Source: Oscillospiraceae bacterium (lineage in GTDB: Bacteria > Bacillota > Clostridia > Oscillospirales > JAAYXM01). From it: 64,000 bases of DNA. The notes beneath the pieces are model-generated. The model was given only the letters and a program-made list of their open reading frames with translations. It made no database searches and was not told the DNA's origin. This document shows positions 35,115 through 46,306 of this stretch, in pieces. How positions within the stretch are numbered: position 1 is the first letter of the stretch; each line of letters opens with the position of its first letter. Location of the stretch: contig JAFQSU010000075.1 in the NCBI GenBank assembly GCA_017409405.1, forward strand, positions 6,785 to 70,784. The letters run 5' to 3'. The translations under genes and the position numbers were made by a program.

Positions 35115-35507
35115 TTATTCTGCGGTTTCAATTTTTACATTATAAAACCTGTTTTTGTTTTCGCATCCGGTGATTCCTATGTAAACCTTCTCGGGCAAAT
35201 TATCAATTCTCAAAGTAAAAGTTTCTTCGCCGACGGAGACTTTTACACACTTGTCCATAAGCTCCAGATAAAGTTCGTGCTTTGTGTTGGGGGAGAGGGA
35301 AAAGTCGTCAGATAAAAGCTTTTTCACTTTTATTTGCTCGTCTTCAACGAAAATATCCCATACATTGATGCCCTTTTCCCAAAGCACAACCTCGTGGCAT
35401 TTGTCATAGAAAAGGTCTCCTTTTTCGTCTGTTTCAAGAATATCAGTCAAAGTGATAAGTGGTGCGCCGAACTTCTCAAAAGAGCAGGAAACGCAAGCAA
35501 TTTTCAT
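35115..35507 (-). CDS. Hypothetical protein (about 130 aa)
   Basis: Start taken at the internal Met (MKIACVSC). The ORF-track extension to 35684 runs through a 19-bp hairpin. No family recognised. Confidence 0.4.
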   Translation of the reverse strand: MKIACVSCSFEKFGAPLITLTDILETDEKGDLFYDKCHEVVLWEKGINVWDIFVEDEQIKVKKLLSDDFSLSPNTKHELYLELMDKCVKVSVGEETFTLRIDNLPEKVYIGITGCENKNRFYNVKIETAE

Positions 35508-35612
35508 AAAATTAACTTTACTTGCACTTGCTATCCCAAGCTTTACACCTGGGATAGTAAGGCTCCCCACATAATTGAAATGGTGAAAGGGTACAGTCGT
35601 GGACCGCCTCCA

Positions 35613-35659
35613 CCAAATCAAAAGCACACCAGCCGTAGGTTGGTGTGCTTTTGATTTGG
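35613..35659 (-). terminator. Strong hairpin downstream of the AraC gene (probable terminator or attenuator)
   Basis: CCAAATCAAAAGCACACCA (35613-35631) and TGGTGTGCTTTTGATTTGG (35641-35659) are perfect 19-bp arms. There is no clean T tract after the stem on the minus strand. Confidence 0.5.
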
Positions 35660-35690
35660 TGCGACAGACAAAATCGAGTGTCAACAGTGT

Positions 35691-36509
35691 TTAATTATGC
35701 CCAGTTATATGCTTTCTGTATTCGCCTACCGTCATGCCGAATTTGTTTTTAAACCGCTTCATAAAATAATGCTCATCACAAAAACCGCAGTGGTTGCAAA
35801 GCTCACTTATATTATAGCTTCGATTTTGTAAAAGCGAAGCTGCGTAGTCAAGACGGAGATTTATGAGGTGTGAAATCGGGGTTTCGCCGGTTTCCCGTTT
35901 GAAAATCCGGGACAGCTGAGACGGTGTCATGTAGAGCATATCGGCAATATCCGATACGGAGAACTCGGGATTCTTATAATTAAAAAGCATGATATCCTCG
36001 ATGCTGTTGATGATATCTGTTGCATTGCGGCGGCGTGAGTCATCCTGCGGCTTTGAAAACTCAATTGAAAGAATTTTATGTAAAGTATTCAATGCCGAAA
36101 AATACAAATCATCGCAGTCTTCTGCATTCATAAAAAACGAGGAAAAAATCTGGAATATTTTCTGCGGATGCTTTGCAGGAACAGCAAAGTTATTGCTTGA
36201 AAACCCCAGAGCAGTTAATATATCTATAGCTGAATCGGGATATCCGGATATGAAGAAATACTTCCATGGATTGTTGTCGTCGGCATAGTAATTTACCGGT
36301 TCAAGCGGAGGGGTAAGAAAAAACATTCCTGATTTTATGTCATACTGTTGCTTTCTCACAAAAAGCTTTCCGCTGCCTCTTTGTACATAGTGGAGCGCCC
36401 AGTATGTTTTCGAACGGAAAAAATGAGAGTCTCTGCCTTCTCTTGAATCGTGCTGTCCGATGCTTCGCAGGTTAAAAAGCTCGTCATTGTATTTTTCAAG
36501 AAGTATCAT
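35691..36509 (-). CDS. AraC-family transcriptional regulator
   Basis: Start at the Met of MILLEKYN, preceded by GGGAGGG. C-terminal AraC HTH pair (VSDIADMLYMTPSQLSRIFKR ... ISELCNHCGFCDEHYFMKRFK). Confidence 0.85.
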   Translation of the reverse strand: MILLEKYNDELFNLRSIGQHDSREGRDSHFFRSKTYWALHYVQRGSGKLFVRKQQYDIKSGMFFLTPPLEPVNYYADDNNPWKYFFISGYPDSAIDILTALGFSSNNFAVPAKHPQKIFQIFSSFFMNAEDCDDLYFSALNTLHKILSIEFSKPQDDSRRRNATDIINSIEDIMLFNYKNPEFSVSDIADMLYMTPSQLSRIFKRETGETPISHLINLRLDYAASLLQNRSYNISELCNHCGFCDEHYFMKRFKNKFGMTVGEYRKHITGHN

Positions 36510-36726
36510 TATACATCCCTCCCATACGATTTGGATGGTGAACGTCGCTCTTCTATATAATACCACTTTTTTCTTTGACGCACAATAAAAAGTCAAAAAA
36601 AGACACAATTGATGCAATTATATTTATTTTATTATGATTGTTATTCGTGTTATACTTATGGAGTAAGGCTCAGATTTGTGCTTGGCAAAAATACAAAAAA
36701 GACAAACGTGAAAAGGAGAGCTGTTT

Positions 36727-37563
36727 ATGGACGTTAAGAAAAAAATGGACTTGTTTTACAAAAACCCTGTCGTTTCGTGGCATGAGCATGTAAACGGAAT
36801 AATGGGAGATCGCGGAACAGAGGGAGACCGACTTGACACACAGCACTGTGACGAGCAGATGAAAATTGTCGATATGTTTGGTATTGACAAAATAGTAGTG
36901 TCAAAGCCAATACCGGCAGATAAACATGCATCTCCCGAGAAATGTATGCGTGCAAACGACCTTGTTTATGAGGCAACACAGCGCTATCCCGGCAGAATTT
37001 ACGGAATGGCGTTTGTCAATCCCGGATATTGCGATGCAATGAGAAAAGAAATTGACAGATGCGTTAAGGAGCTTGATTTTGTCGGAGTAAAGCTCTATCA
37101 CCAGTATTTTATGGATGACCCGGCACAATATGCTCTTGTTGAAAAATGCATTGAACTTGACGTTCCGATACTGATGCACTGCGCTCACCTTATGGATCCA
37201 ATAACACGGATGCGTCAACCACGTTGCTCTGATGGTGTGCATATGGCGAATATCGCTCGCCGTTATCCTGGAGCAACCTTTATTATGGGTCACATAGGCG
37301 GTGGCGGTGACTGGCAGTGGGCGATAAAGGCGATTGCCGATTGCCCGAATGTATATGCCGACATCGGCGGCAGTATCCATGACCGTCCGCTTATCGAAGA
37401 ATCCGTAAGCTATCTCGGTGCTGACCGACTCCTTTTTGCAACAGACGGCATGTGGGCATCAAGCATTTCAAAAATCCTTGATGCCGATATTTCGGAAGCG
37501 GATAAAAAGACAATTCTTAAAGGCGAGGCATTTATGAGGTTTTTAGAAAGGGCAGGTAAGTAA
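36727..37563 (+). CDS. Amidohydrolase-2 (PF04909-like) metal-dependent TIM-barrel hydrolase
   Basis: VSWHEHV near the N-terminus, MHCAH, GHIGGGGDW and FATDG motifs. Divergent from the AraC gene. Confidence 0.7.
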   Translation: MDVKKKMDLFYKNPVVSWHEHVNGIMGDRGTEGDRLDTQHCDEQMKIVDMFGIDKIVVSKPIPADKHASPEKCMRANDLVYEATQRYPGRIYGMAFVNPGYCDAMRKEIDRCVKELDFVGVKLYHQYFMDDPAQYALVEKCIELDVPILMHCAHLMDPITRMRQPRCSDGVHMANIARRYPGATFIMGHIGGGGDWQWAIKAIADCPNVYADIGGSIHDRPLIEESVSYLGADRLLFATDGMWASSISKILDADISEADKKTILKGEAFMRFLERAGK

Positions 37564-37565
37564 TT

Positions 37566-38375
37566 ATGTTTATAGATATCAATACATATGTAGGTCACTG
37601 GCCGTTTCGTAATCTTAAATACAACACGCTTGAAGGGCTTGACAAGCTTGCACGTGAATATGGCGTAACTCATATGGTTGTTGCAAATTTAAACGGATTT
37701 TTCTACAAGGACGCAAACACTGCAAATCTTGAGCTTCTCAAAGAGCTTGAGAGCTATAACGGCGAGACTGAGTTTCTGCCTCTTGCAATAGTAAATCCGG
37801 CATATCCCGAATGGGAAAAGGATGCCCGTGATATGATAGCAAAGGGTTTTGCAGGCTTTGAGCTTGCTCCGCTTTACCATGGATACTCTCTTGCGCCTGA
37901 GATGCTTTATGACGAATATAGTCCAAAACACCGTGCTCTGGAGGTTTTAAATCTTGCCGAAGAGCTTGATGTTCCGGTGAGAATATGCGCAGGCTTTGAA
38001 AACTTCCGCGGAAGAAGCCCGTTTGATACATATGAAAATATCAAAGGCGATGACTATTTTGCCCTTCTTTCAAAGAATAAAAACGTTCATGTGTTTGTGA
38101 CAAGCTTTGCACCGTCTGCGGTAAGCGACCGCTTTGCGGAGCTTTTGAAGGATAGAGAAAATACATATTTAGACCTTACGCAAATTTCACCGATTGAAAG
38201 TAAAAAGGCTCTTGCGAAAACACTGGAGAACGTAACAAACAAAAAGCTCTGCTTCGGCTCACTTTCACCGTTCTGCTATATGGCGGCAGAGCTTATAAAG
38301 ATGGAGTTCGTTCCTGAATTAGATACTGAAGCGATGAAGACAAACGCCGCACGCGCCTTCAAAAAACTCAGATAA
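37566..38375 (+). CDS. Amidohydrolase-family protein (second, diverged copy)
   Basis: MFIDINTYVGHWPFR N-terminus, typical of this subgroup. Starts 2 nt after the previous stop. Confidence 0.6.
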   Translation: MFIDINTYVGHWPFRNLKYNTLEGLDKLAREYGVTHMVVANLNGFFYKDANTANLELLKELESYNGETEFLPLAIVNPAYPEWEKDARDMIAKGFAGFELAPLYHGYSLAPEMLYDEYSPKHRALEVLNLAEELDVPVRICAGFENFRGRSPFDTYENIKGDDYFALLSKNKNVHVFVTSFAPSAVSDRFAELLKDRENTYLDLTQISPIESKKALAKTLENVTNKKLCFGSLSPFCYMAAELIKMEFVPELDTEAMKTNAARAFKKLR

Positions 38376-38566
38376 CAATATAACAAATACCGTAAAAGCT
38401 GATATTGATAAAACACCGCCCGGGGAGATATGTTCTACGGTCGGTGTTTTGCTTTGTGTAAAACATGACTGTAAATTTCGAAACGTTCTATGTGTTTTTT
38501 TGATTGGGTACTTGAAAAAAACTCAAAAAGTGATATACTCATACTTAGTGAAGGGGGCGAATTTGT

Positions 38567-39406
38567 ATGTCTGCACCGTCCGCAAGAAAAATACTTTTGT
38601 TCAGTGAAAACAAATATAAGTTTTTAAAGCTCTACAGCTTGGGATACAATGATTGTAAAATACACTCCCCGACCGGCTTGTATCAGGTCAATCGCTGGAA
38701 CGCGCTTTACTATGTGAGAAACGGAAACTGTAAGTTTTCTATTTATGGGAAAACTTATTCGTTATCAAAGGGCGATTTGTTTTTTATCCCTACCAATGTT
38801 CCCGTACAGCTCAATCCCGATTCGGAAGGCGGATTTGCCTATTATTGGATAGCTTTTTATCCGGACTATGCGGGAGAAATAAGTGAGGTTCTCGGATTTT
38901 GCGAATCGACCCCTGCACGCGCGGCGAAATTTCCTCAGCGTGTTGAGTGGATTTTTGACACGCTGATGGAGGCGAAAACAGCGACGACAGAGGTGTATTT
39001 TGCCGCCATGTCGGCTCTTATGCAGATTCTTTCAATAGAATATTCAAATGCAGGTGTCTCAAAGTCAACCCGTCGGCATAAGGAGCTTGCTGAAAACGTC
39101 AAACGAGTAATAGACTATAATTTTGCAAATGAAGATTTTACGCTGAATGACGTGGCACAGATGCTTTTTGTAAGCCACGCACAGATGTCCCGTGTATTTA
39201 AAGAGGTAATGGGAATCACTCCCGTTGCATATCTCATTGATGTACGTTTAAACCGTGCGGCACAGCTTTTGAGCGAAGACGATTTTTCTGTAAAGGAGCT
39301 GCGATGCGCAGTCGGATTTTCTGATGAAGTACACCTTATGAAGCAGTTCAAAAAGAAGTTCGGCGTAACAGTGAAAGAATACAGAAGACAACATGTTGAT
39401 AAATGA
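38567..39406 (+). CDS. AraC-family transcriptional regulator
   Basis: Cupin-like N-terminus and C-terminal HTH pair (LNDVAQMLFVSHAQMSRVFKE ... VKELRCAVGFSDEVHLMKQFKK). Confidence 0.85.
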   Translation: MSAPSARKILLFSENKYKFLKLYSLGYNDCKIHSPTGLYQVNRWNALYYVRNGNCKFSIYGKTYSLSKGDLFFIPTNVPVQLNPDSEGGFAYYWIAFYPDYAGEISEVLGFCESTPARAAKFPQRVEWIFDTLMEAKTATTEVYFAAMSALMQILSIEYSNAGVSKSTRRHKELAENVKRVIDYNFANEDFTLNDVAQMLFVSHAQMSRVFKEVMGITPVAYLIDVRLNRAAQLLSEDDFSVKELRCAVGFSDEVHLMKQFKKKFGVTVKEYRRQHVDK

Positions 39407-39483
39407 TTTTTGAGCTGTGCCTGTAAACTGAATCCGGGCTTAAAAATCTTTTGTGAATATGATATAAAACTGAGGTGTGAAGC

Positions 39484-40383
39484 GTGAAAATACTTGTTCT
39501 GAGCGATATACATTATGAAAACGAACCGGACAAACGTCATTATCCGGCAACGGAAATTGTACAGCCGGTTTTCTGGGACTGGCTTTATGACGCACAGTCA
39601 CAATATGCTCTCATAGCTACATGCGGCGATCTTGTTGTGCGAGGTTCTGCTGGAGAAAGCGAGCTTTGGGAGTGCAGAGAAAAGCTTGATGCATTGAATG
39701 TGCCGTATCTTGCAGTACCGGGAAACCATGATATTTGTCCGATTATGGGCATGGAGAAGAATTACCCCGGAACAGAAGAATATGAATACAAGCCGCTTTG
39801 TGAGACAAACTATGCAAAGGTATTTGGCGAAAAAGGATTACGAAATGTGCAATACATAAACGGCATAAAGCTGATTGGTTTTGCATTGCGCAATGCAGAC
39901 CCCGACGGTCAGCTAGACTGGTTCGAAGAAGAACTCAAAGAACCGGTGCCAAAGCTTGTGTTCAATCATTATCCCGTTGTGCCGGCACGAAGCGGAGGCT
40001 TTTGTGCAACGTGGGATTACAAACGGGTTGGTGACAGCCTTGAAAGATTTGCAGAGCTTCTGAAAAATCCGGAGCACCGAGTTGCTGCATATTTCTGCGG
40101 ACATCTGCATATCAACAGCGTTATGCCTCTTGGAAATTGCCTTCAGGTAGTGACAGGTCCTGCCGGTTTGGGACTTACTACATACCGTGAAGTTGACATA
40201 GGTGAGGATAAAATAACCGTAACAACCAAGCGTTTGCCGCATTTTCCGCAGGTTGTCGGACCGCTTTTTAATGCGACGGAAAAAGATTCTACCGACAAAG
40301 AACATATATCGGTTTACGACTATCATTTCGGGAACGAAATTGAACGTGAATTTGAAATTGATTTGAGAAAATATAAGAGCTGA
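39484..40383 (+). CDS. Cytoplasmic calcineurin-like metallophosphoesterase
   Basis: GTG start after GAGGTG. VLSDIHYE, CGDLVVRG, PGNHD and CGHLH motifs. Confidence 0.8.
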   Translation: MKILVLSDIHYENEPDKRHYPATEIVQPVFWDWLYDAQSQYALIATCGDLVVRGSAGESELWECREKLDALNVPYLAVPGNHDICPIMGMEKNYPGTEEYEYKPLCETNYAKVFGEKGLRNVQYINGIKLIGFALRNADPDGQLDWFEEELKEPVPKLVFNHYPVVPARSGGFCATWDYKRVGDSLERFAELLKNPEHRVAAYFCGHLHINSVMPLGNCLQVVTGPAGLGLTTYREVDIGEDKITVTTKRLPHFPQVVGPLFNATEKDSTDKEHISVYDYHFGNEIEREFEIDLRKYKS

Positions 40384-40388
40384 AATAA

Positions 40389-40420
40389 AAAATCCTGAAG
40401 CTGTCCGGCTTCAGGATTTT
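40389..40420. terminator. Bidirectional Rho-independent terminator
   Basis: AAAATCCTGAAGC / GCTTCAGGATTTT stem between convergent genes. Confidence 0.85.
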
Positions 40421-40437
40421 CGTGTTTGAGACTATTA

Positions 40438-40767
40438 TCAAAAAAGGCGAAGGAGAAGCATATAAGAAGCTACTCCGAAAAACACACTGATGAGGGTACT
40501 TCTTTTCCATATGTGAAGAAGTACAACTATTGCGCAGGCAATGGCTTCGGGAATTCCGAATGGTGAAGAAAGTATAGAAACATTTTTAAGAGAATAAACT
40601 ACAAGCATTCCGATTATGGCATACGGAAGAACTCTGCCGAGGTAGACGATATAACCCGGAGTTTTTTTGCCGCTGCCAAATATTATAAACGGGGCAATTC
40701 GCAGTGTGGCAGTTATGAGTACCATGACGGCGAGAAGGATTATTGCCCGTGTATCAGATATCATCAT
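40438..40767 (-). CDS. azlD: AzlD-family branched-chain amino acid transport protein
   Basis: About 110 aa with 3-4 TM helices. It lies immediately downstream of and overlaps an AzlC-family gene. Start taken at MMISDT. Confidence 0.7.
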   Translation of the reverse strand: MMISDTRAIILLAVMVLITATLRIAPFIIFGSGKKTPGYIVYLGRVLPYAIIGMLVVYSLKNVSILSSPFGIPEAIACAIVVLLHIWKRSTLISVFFGVASYMLLLRLF

Positions 40768-41470
40768 TGGGCGTTTCCTCCCTTTTTCTGATAAGCATAA
40801 GTGCAACCGTTATCGTAAGCATTGCCGGTATAAGAAAACTCTCACTGCCAAAAATGACAAGACATGCGACTGACAGACAAACGCCGATAATTGCAGGAAT
40901 ATGGTCACTTGAGGACATCCACTGTTCTACGAAGATAGTTATAAAGAGTGCCGTAAGAACAAAGTCGATGCCGGTAACGTCAAAGCTTATCACAGAGCCG
41001 ACAAGAGCACCGAGAACACAGCCGGAAATCCAGTATATATGGTCGAGGAGCGTCACGATAAAATAGTAGCGCTGACGGGCTTTGTGATTATCTGCTTTAT
41101 CTCCTGAGGTGAGAGCGTATGTTTCGTCAGTAAGAGCAAACATCATATACGCCTTCTTTATTCCTGCACCGCGGTATTTGTCGATAAGAGAGACGCCGTA
41201 AAACAAATGACGGGCCTGAACCATAAGTGTTGTGAGCGCCGTTGTTATAACGGTAGCACCTCCGGAAATCAGGTCAACTGCGACATACTGCATCGAACCG
41301 GAATACATTGTAAGGCTTATGAAAAATGCCCATATAAAGTTATATCCTTTCAAACGCAGAAGGATTCCGAAGCCCATACCGAGAAATATGTAACCGGAGA
41401 GAACGGGAAGTGTTGATATAAACGCTTCCCGAAGCTCGGATTTAAAGGTTTGCTTTGTCATAAACGTCAT
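40754..41470 (-). CDS. azlC: AzlC-family branched-chain amino acid permease/exporter subunit
   Basis: 238-aa polytopic membrane protein with the typical AzlC size and pairing with azlD. ATGA overlap with the uvrA stop. Confidence 0.75.
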   Translation of the reverse strand: MTFMTKQTFKSELREAFISTLPVLSGYIFLGMGFGILLRLKGYNFIWAFFISLTMYSGSMQYVAVDLISGGATVITTALTTLMVQARHLFYGVSLIDKYRGAGIKKAYMMFALTDETYALTSGDKADNHKARQRYYFIVTLLDHIYWISGCVLGALVGSVISFDVTGIDFVLTALFITIFVEQWMSSSDHIPAIIGVCLSVACLVIFGSESFLIPAMLTITVALMLIRKREETPNDDI

Positions 41471-44298
41471 CCCTGTAAAACATTTTTGAGATATTGTCCG
41501 GTGTAGGATTTCGCATAAGCGGCGATTTCCTCGGGTGTGCCGGTTGCAACTATCATGCCGCCGCCGTCGCCGCCCTCGGGACCGAGGTCAATTATGTGGT
41601 CGGCTGTTTTTATAACGTCAAGGTTGTGCTCAATAACGACTACTGTATTACCTGCGTCTGTAAGGAGTGACAGCATATCGATAAGCTTGTGAACATCGGC
41701 GACATGAAGTCCGGTAGTTGGCTCATCAAGGATATATATCGTCTTTCCTGTGCTTCTTTTTGAAAGCTCTGTTGCAAGCTTTACACGCTGTGCTTCACCT
41801 CCGGAAAGCGTTGTTGATGCCTGTCCGAGCTTGATGTAACCGAGTCCGACATCGTTGAGTGTTTTGATTTTGCGCGCAATCTTCGGAACATTTTTGAAAA
41901 ACTCATATGCTTCTTCACACGTCATATCAAGCACTTCAAATATGTTTTTTCCTTTATACTTAACCTCAAGGGTTTCGCGGTTATAGCGCTTTCCGTGACA
42001 TACATCGCAGGTGACGTATATATCGGGGAGAAAGTGCATTTCAATCTTGTTTACTCCGTCACCGCTGCATGCCTCACATCTTCCGCCTTTTACGTTAAAA
42101 GAAAATCTGCTGCTTGTATATCCGCGCATTTTGGCATCGGGACTCATTGCAAAAAGGTTTCTGATGTCATTAAATACTCCCGTATATGTTGCAGGGTTTG
42201 AACGGGGAGTGCGTCCTATTGGAGACTGGTCGATATCTATTATCTTGTCGAGATGCTCAATGCCTTCAAAGCTTTCAAATTTACCGGGGTGGGTTTTTGC
42301 ACCGTTGAGCTGTGCTGCAAGATGCTTATACAGTATTTCATTTGTGAGCGACGATTTGCCGGAGCCTGAAACACCGGTTATACAGGTAAGCTTGCCGAGT
42401 GGGATTTCGACATCAATATTTTTCAGATTGTTTTCGCATGCACCTGTTATTTTAATAAATTTGCCGTTGCCTGCTCTTCTTTCGGAAGGGACAGGGATTT
42501 TCTTTTTGCCCGACAAATACTGTCCTGTTATGGATTTATCCTCTGCGATAATGTCGGATATTGAGCCTTTCGCCACTATTTCGCCGCCGTGAACACCGGC
42601 ACCGGGACCGACATCAACGATGAAATCTGCAGCACGCATTGTATCCTCATCATGCTCGACAACGATGAGCGTGTTGCCGAGGTCACGAAGCTTACGGAGT
42701 GTTGCGAGAAGCTTGTCATTGTCTCGCTGGTGCAGACCGATTGACGGCTCGTCGAGAATATACAGAACTCCCATGAGAGAAGCACCGATTTGTGTTGCAA
42801 GACGGATTCTCTGACTCTCTCCGCCGGACAGAGTTCCGGCAGAACGTGAAAGTGTAAGATAAGAAAGACCTACGCTTTGAAGAAAGCCGAGTCTTGACTT
42901 GATTTCGCGCAAGATAAGCTCTGCGATTTTTTTGTGTCTCGGAGTGAGCGTTTTTTCTGCTTCGTTGATAAAATTCAGAGCATCGTTTACGGACATATCG
43001 CACATCTCTGCAATATTGATGCCGCCCACCGTAACAGCGAGAGCTTCGGGGCGAAGTCTTTTTCCGCCGCAGGATGCACACGGGGTATTTATCATGCACT
43101 CCTCAATTTCAGCTTTTGAATATTCGCTTGCAGTTTCGTGGTATCTGCGTTCGAGGTTTGCGATAAGCCCCTCCCACGCCTGAGTATAGTCGCCCTTGCC
43201 ATAGGCTTTGTCGTAATGGAGCGGTATTTTTTCTCCTTTTGTACCGTAGAGAAGGGCATTATACGCCTCTTTCGGTATGTCGGATACAGGAAGTGAAAGG
43301 TCAAAGTTATAGTGCTTTGCAAGCCCGTCATAGTACATTCTTGAAATGGAACCGGGAATGGGATTACCCCATCCCGACGCATGTATCGCACCGTTGAGAA
43401 TGGATTTTGACTTGTCGGGGATTATCATATCCGGGTCAACCTTCAAAAGTGTGCCGAGTCCTGTACATTCGGGACAGGCACCGTGTGGGTTGTTAAAGGA
43501 AAACATGCGCGGTGTAAGTTCTTCGATGCTTATACCGCAGTCGTCGCATGCGTAGTTTTGTGAAAACATAAGCTCACGGTCGCCGATTACGTCAACGAGT
43601 ACAAGTCCGCCTGAAAGGGTGGAGGCGGTTTCAATGGAGTCGGAAAGACGTGTTTCTATACCGTCCTTGATTACAAGTCGGTCAATGACAATTTCGATGT
43701 TATGCTTTTTGTTTTTCTCAAGCTTTATACTCTCGGAAAGGTCGTACATGCTACCGTCAACTCTTGCTCGCACATAGCCTGATTTTTTGGCGTTTTCAAA
43801 AACCTTTTCATGCTCACCCTTGCGGCTTCTGACAACGGGGGCGAGAATCTGAAACTTTGTTCCCGGAGAAAGCTCCAGAATTTTGTCGCAAATCTGGTCA
43901 ACGGTCTGCTGCTCAATTACCTTTCCGCAAACGGGGCAGTGGGGAGTGCCGACACGTGCCCACAGAAGGCGGAGATAGTCGTAAATTTCGGTTACCGTAC
44001 CGACGGTTGAGCGCGGATTCTTTGATGTTGTCTTCTGGTCTATTGAGATTGCCGGGGAGAGCCCTTCAATATAGTCTACATCGGGCTTTTCCATGCGACC
44101 GAGAAACATTCTTGCATATGATGAAAGCGATTCGACATATCTGCGCTGTCCTTCGGCGTAGATGGTATCAAAAGCGAGGCTCGATTTTCCTGAGCCTGAA
44201 AGACCGGTGACGACAACAAGGCTGTCACGGGGGATTTCTATATCAATGTTTTTGAGGTTGTGCTCTCTCGCACCTTTGACAAAAATTGATTTACTCAT
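41467..44298 (-). CDS. uvrA: Excinuclease ABC subunit A
   Basis: 943 aa, N-terminus [13 protein letters not shown], two Walker A sites ([18 protein letters not shown]), CxxC zinc modules and two LSGGE signatures. Confidence 0.97.
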   Translation of the reverse strand: MSKSIFVKGAREHNLKNIDIEIPRDSLVVVTGLSGSGKSSLAFDTIYAEGQRRYVESLSSYARMFLGRMEKPDVDYIEGLSPAISIDQKTTSKNPRSTVGTVTEIYDYLRLLWARVGTPHCPVCGKVIEQQTVDQICDKILELSPGTKFQILAPVVRSRKGEHEKVFENAKKSGYVRARVDGSMYDLSESIKLEKNKKHNIEIVIDRLVIKDGIETRLSDSIETASTLSGGLVLVDVIGDRELMFSQNYACDDCGISIEELTPRMFSFNNPHGACPECTGLGTLLKVDPDMIIPDKSKSILNGAIHASGWGNPIPGSISRMYYDGLAKHYNFDLSLPVSDIPKEAYNALLYGTKGEKIPLHYDKAYGKGDYTQAWEGLIANLERRYHETASEYSKAEIEECMINTPCASCGGKRLRPEALAVTVGGINIAEMCDMSVNDALNFINEAEKTLTPRHKKIAELILREIKSRLGFLQSVGLSYLTLSRSAGTLSGGESQRIRLATQIGASLMGVLYILDEPSIGLHQRDNDKLLATLRKLRDLGNTLIVVEHDEDTMRAADFIVDVGPGAGVHGGEIVAKGSISDIIAEDKSITGQYLSGKKKIPVPSERRAGNGKFIKITGACENNLKNIDVEIPLGKLTCITGVSGSGKSSLTNEILYKHLAAQLNGAKTHPGKFESFEGIEHLDKIIDIDQSPIGRTPRSNPATYTGVFNDIRNLFAMSPDAKMRGYTSSRFSFNVKGGRCEACSGDGVNKIEMHFLPDIYVTCDVCHGKRYNRETLEVKYKGKNIFEVLDMTCEEAYEFFKNVPKIARKIKTLNDVGLGYIKLGQASTTLSGGEAQRVKLATELSKRSTGKTIYILDEPTTGLHVADVHKLIDMLSLLTDAGNTVVVIEHNLDVIKTADHIIDLGPEGGDGGGMIVATGTPEEIAAYAKSYTGQYLKNVLQG

Positions 44299-44316
44299 GA
44301 TTAAATCACCGTTTCC

Positions 44317-46278
44317 TTACTGTCCGCGCAGCTCAATAATGCGGTCGCGGAGAATTGCAGCATATTCAAACTCAAGCATTTTTGAAGCTTCGCGCATATC
44401 GCGTTCAAGCTTCTTTATCATTTCATCGCGTTCTGCTTTTGTAAGCTTTTCACGCTTAATCTCGCTTGCATCCTTGGATATTTCAAGAAGCTCTGCGACA
44501 TCCTTTTTTATTGTTTTCGGAACAATACCGTGTTCTTCGTTAAACCTTGCCTGAAGTGTTCTGCGGCGCAGTGTTTCGTCGATTGCGCGCTGCATCGACC
44601 CTGTTTGAGAGTCTGCGTACATTATTACCTTGCCGTGATCGTTTCTGGCAGCTCTGCCCATAGTCTGGATAAGCGATGTTTCGCTTCGCAAAAAGCCCTC
44701 CTTGTCGGCATCGAGAATTGCAACAAGCGATACCTCGGGAATATCAAGACCTTCTCGCAGAAGATTTATTCCGACAAGAACGTCAAATGTACCGAGACGT
44801 AAGTCGCGGATTATTTCCATTCGCTCAATCGTTTCAACGTTATGGTGCAGATATTTCACCTTTATTCCGGCACTCTCCAGATATGCCGTGAGGTCTTCTG
44901 CCATTTTTTTTGTGAGCGTTGTCACAAGCACACGCTCTTTGTCTTTGACACGTTCATTTATTTCACCGATAAGGTCATCAATCTGCCCCTCTGTCGGGCG
45001 GATATCCACCTCGGGGTCAAGAAGCCCCGTCGGGCGTATGAGCTGTTCTACAGTCTGAGCACTCCGCTCACGTTCATATTCTCCGGGTGTTGCGGAAACA
45101 TATATAACCTGATTTATGTGGTCTTCAAACTCTGTGAAATTTAAGGGTCTGTTGTCGAACGCACTCGGAAGCCTGAAACCGTATTTGACAAGGGTTTCTT
45201 TTCGTGCGCGGTCTCCGGCGTACATTCCTCGCACCTGCGGAAGAGTGACATGGGATTCGTCAACGATAAGAAGAAAGTCTTCGGGGAAATAGTCCATAAG
45301 CGTAAACGGTGCAGAACCGGGCTTTCTCCCACTTATGATTCTCGAATAGTTTTCGATACCTGTGCAGTATCCGAGCTCTTCCATCATTTCTACATCATAC
45401 TGTGTGCGTTGGCGAAGTCGCTGTGCCTCTAAAAGCTTTCCGTCCTCCTCAAAGACCTTGACGCATGCTTCCATTTCGTCAATTATTTCATTACAGGCAC
45501 GTGCCATCTTTTCGGGGGTGGAAACATAGTGTGACGCAGGATATATCGCAACGTGAGAAAGCTCACGTTTGACAGAACCGGTTACTGTGTTTATTTCCGA
45601 TATTCTGTCAACCTCATCACCGAAAAACTCAACTCTGATAGCTGAATCGTTTGAGTAAACGGGGAAAATCTCGATTGTGTCGCCGCGTACACGGAACTTG
45701 TTTCTCTCAAATGCAATATCGTTCCTTTCGTATCTTATCTCAACAAGCTTGCGGATAACATCATCACGTTCACGCGTCATGCCGGGGCGGAGTGAGATAA
45801 CCATGCTTGAATAGTCTATCGGGTCACCGAGACCGTATATGCACGAAACACTTGCGACAATGATAACATCTCGCCTTTCGCCGAGAGATGCGGTTGCGCT
45901 GTGGCGCAGACGGTCGATTTCCTCGTTTGTAGAGCTGTCCTTTTCGATGTATGTGTCGGTGTGCGGAATATATGCTTCCGGCTGATAATAGTCAAAGTAG
46001 GAAACGAAATATTCTACTGCGTTGTCGGGGAAAAAGGCCTTCAGCTCGGAACAGAGCTGGGCGGCTAAGGTCTTGTTGTGAGCAAGAACGAGTGTCGGCT
46101 TCTGGACACGCTCAATGATATTTGCCATCGTAAAGGTCTTACCTGAGCCTGTAACGCCGAGAAGAGTCTGTTCGGAAAGACCTATTTTAATTCCTCGGGC
46201 AAGAGCATCAATAGCTTTCGGCTGGTCACCCGCAGGCTTGTAATCGGAAACTATTTTGAACTTTTTTTCTTCATTCAT
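44317..46278 (-). CDS. uvrB: Excinuclease ABC subunit B
   Basis: GVTGSGKT Walker A, VDESHVT box and a C-terminal UVR motif ([16 protein letters not shown]). Start taken at MNEEKKF. Confidence 0.97.
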   Translation of the reverse strand: MNEEKKFKIVSDYKPAGDQPKAIDALARGIKIGLSEQTLLGVTGSGKTFTMANIIERVQKPTLVLAHNKTLAAQLCSELKAFFPDNAVEYFVSYFDYYQPEAYIPHTDTYIEKDSSTNEEIDRLRHSATASLGERRDVIIVASVSCIYGLGDPIDYSSMVISLRPGMTRERDDVIRKLVEIRYERNDIAFERNKFRVRGDTIEIFPVYSNDSAIRVEFFGDEVDRISEINTVTGSVKRELSHVAIYPASHYVSTPEKMARACNEIIDEMEACVKVFEEDGKLLEAQRLRQRTQYDVEMMEELGYCTGIENYSRIISGRKPGSAPFTLMDYFPEDFLLIVDESHVTLPQVRGMYAGDRARKETLVKYGFRLPSAFDNRPLNFTEFEDHINQVIYVSATPGEYERERSAQTVEQLIRPTGLLDPEVDIRPTEGQIDDLIGEINERVKDKERVLVTTLTKKMAEDLTAYLESAGIKVKYLHHNVETIERMEIIRDLRLGTFDVLVGINLLREGLDIPEVSLVAILDADKEGFLRSETSLIQTMGRAARNDHGKVIMYADSQTGSMQRAIDETLRRRTLQARFNEEHGIVPKTIKKDVAELLEISKDASEIKREKLTKAERDEMIKKLERDMREASKMLEFEYAAILRDRIIELRGQ

Positions 46279-46306
46279 CGGGTGACACCTCACTTTCTGT
46301 AATCGA

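Noticed and set aside
35508-35684. N-terminal extension of the small ORF (ORF-track start at 35684)
   Set aside because: The extension reads straight through a perfect 19-bp hairpin and begins 7 nt after the AraC stop. The internal Met at 35507 is more plausible.
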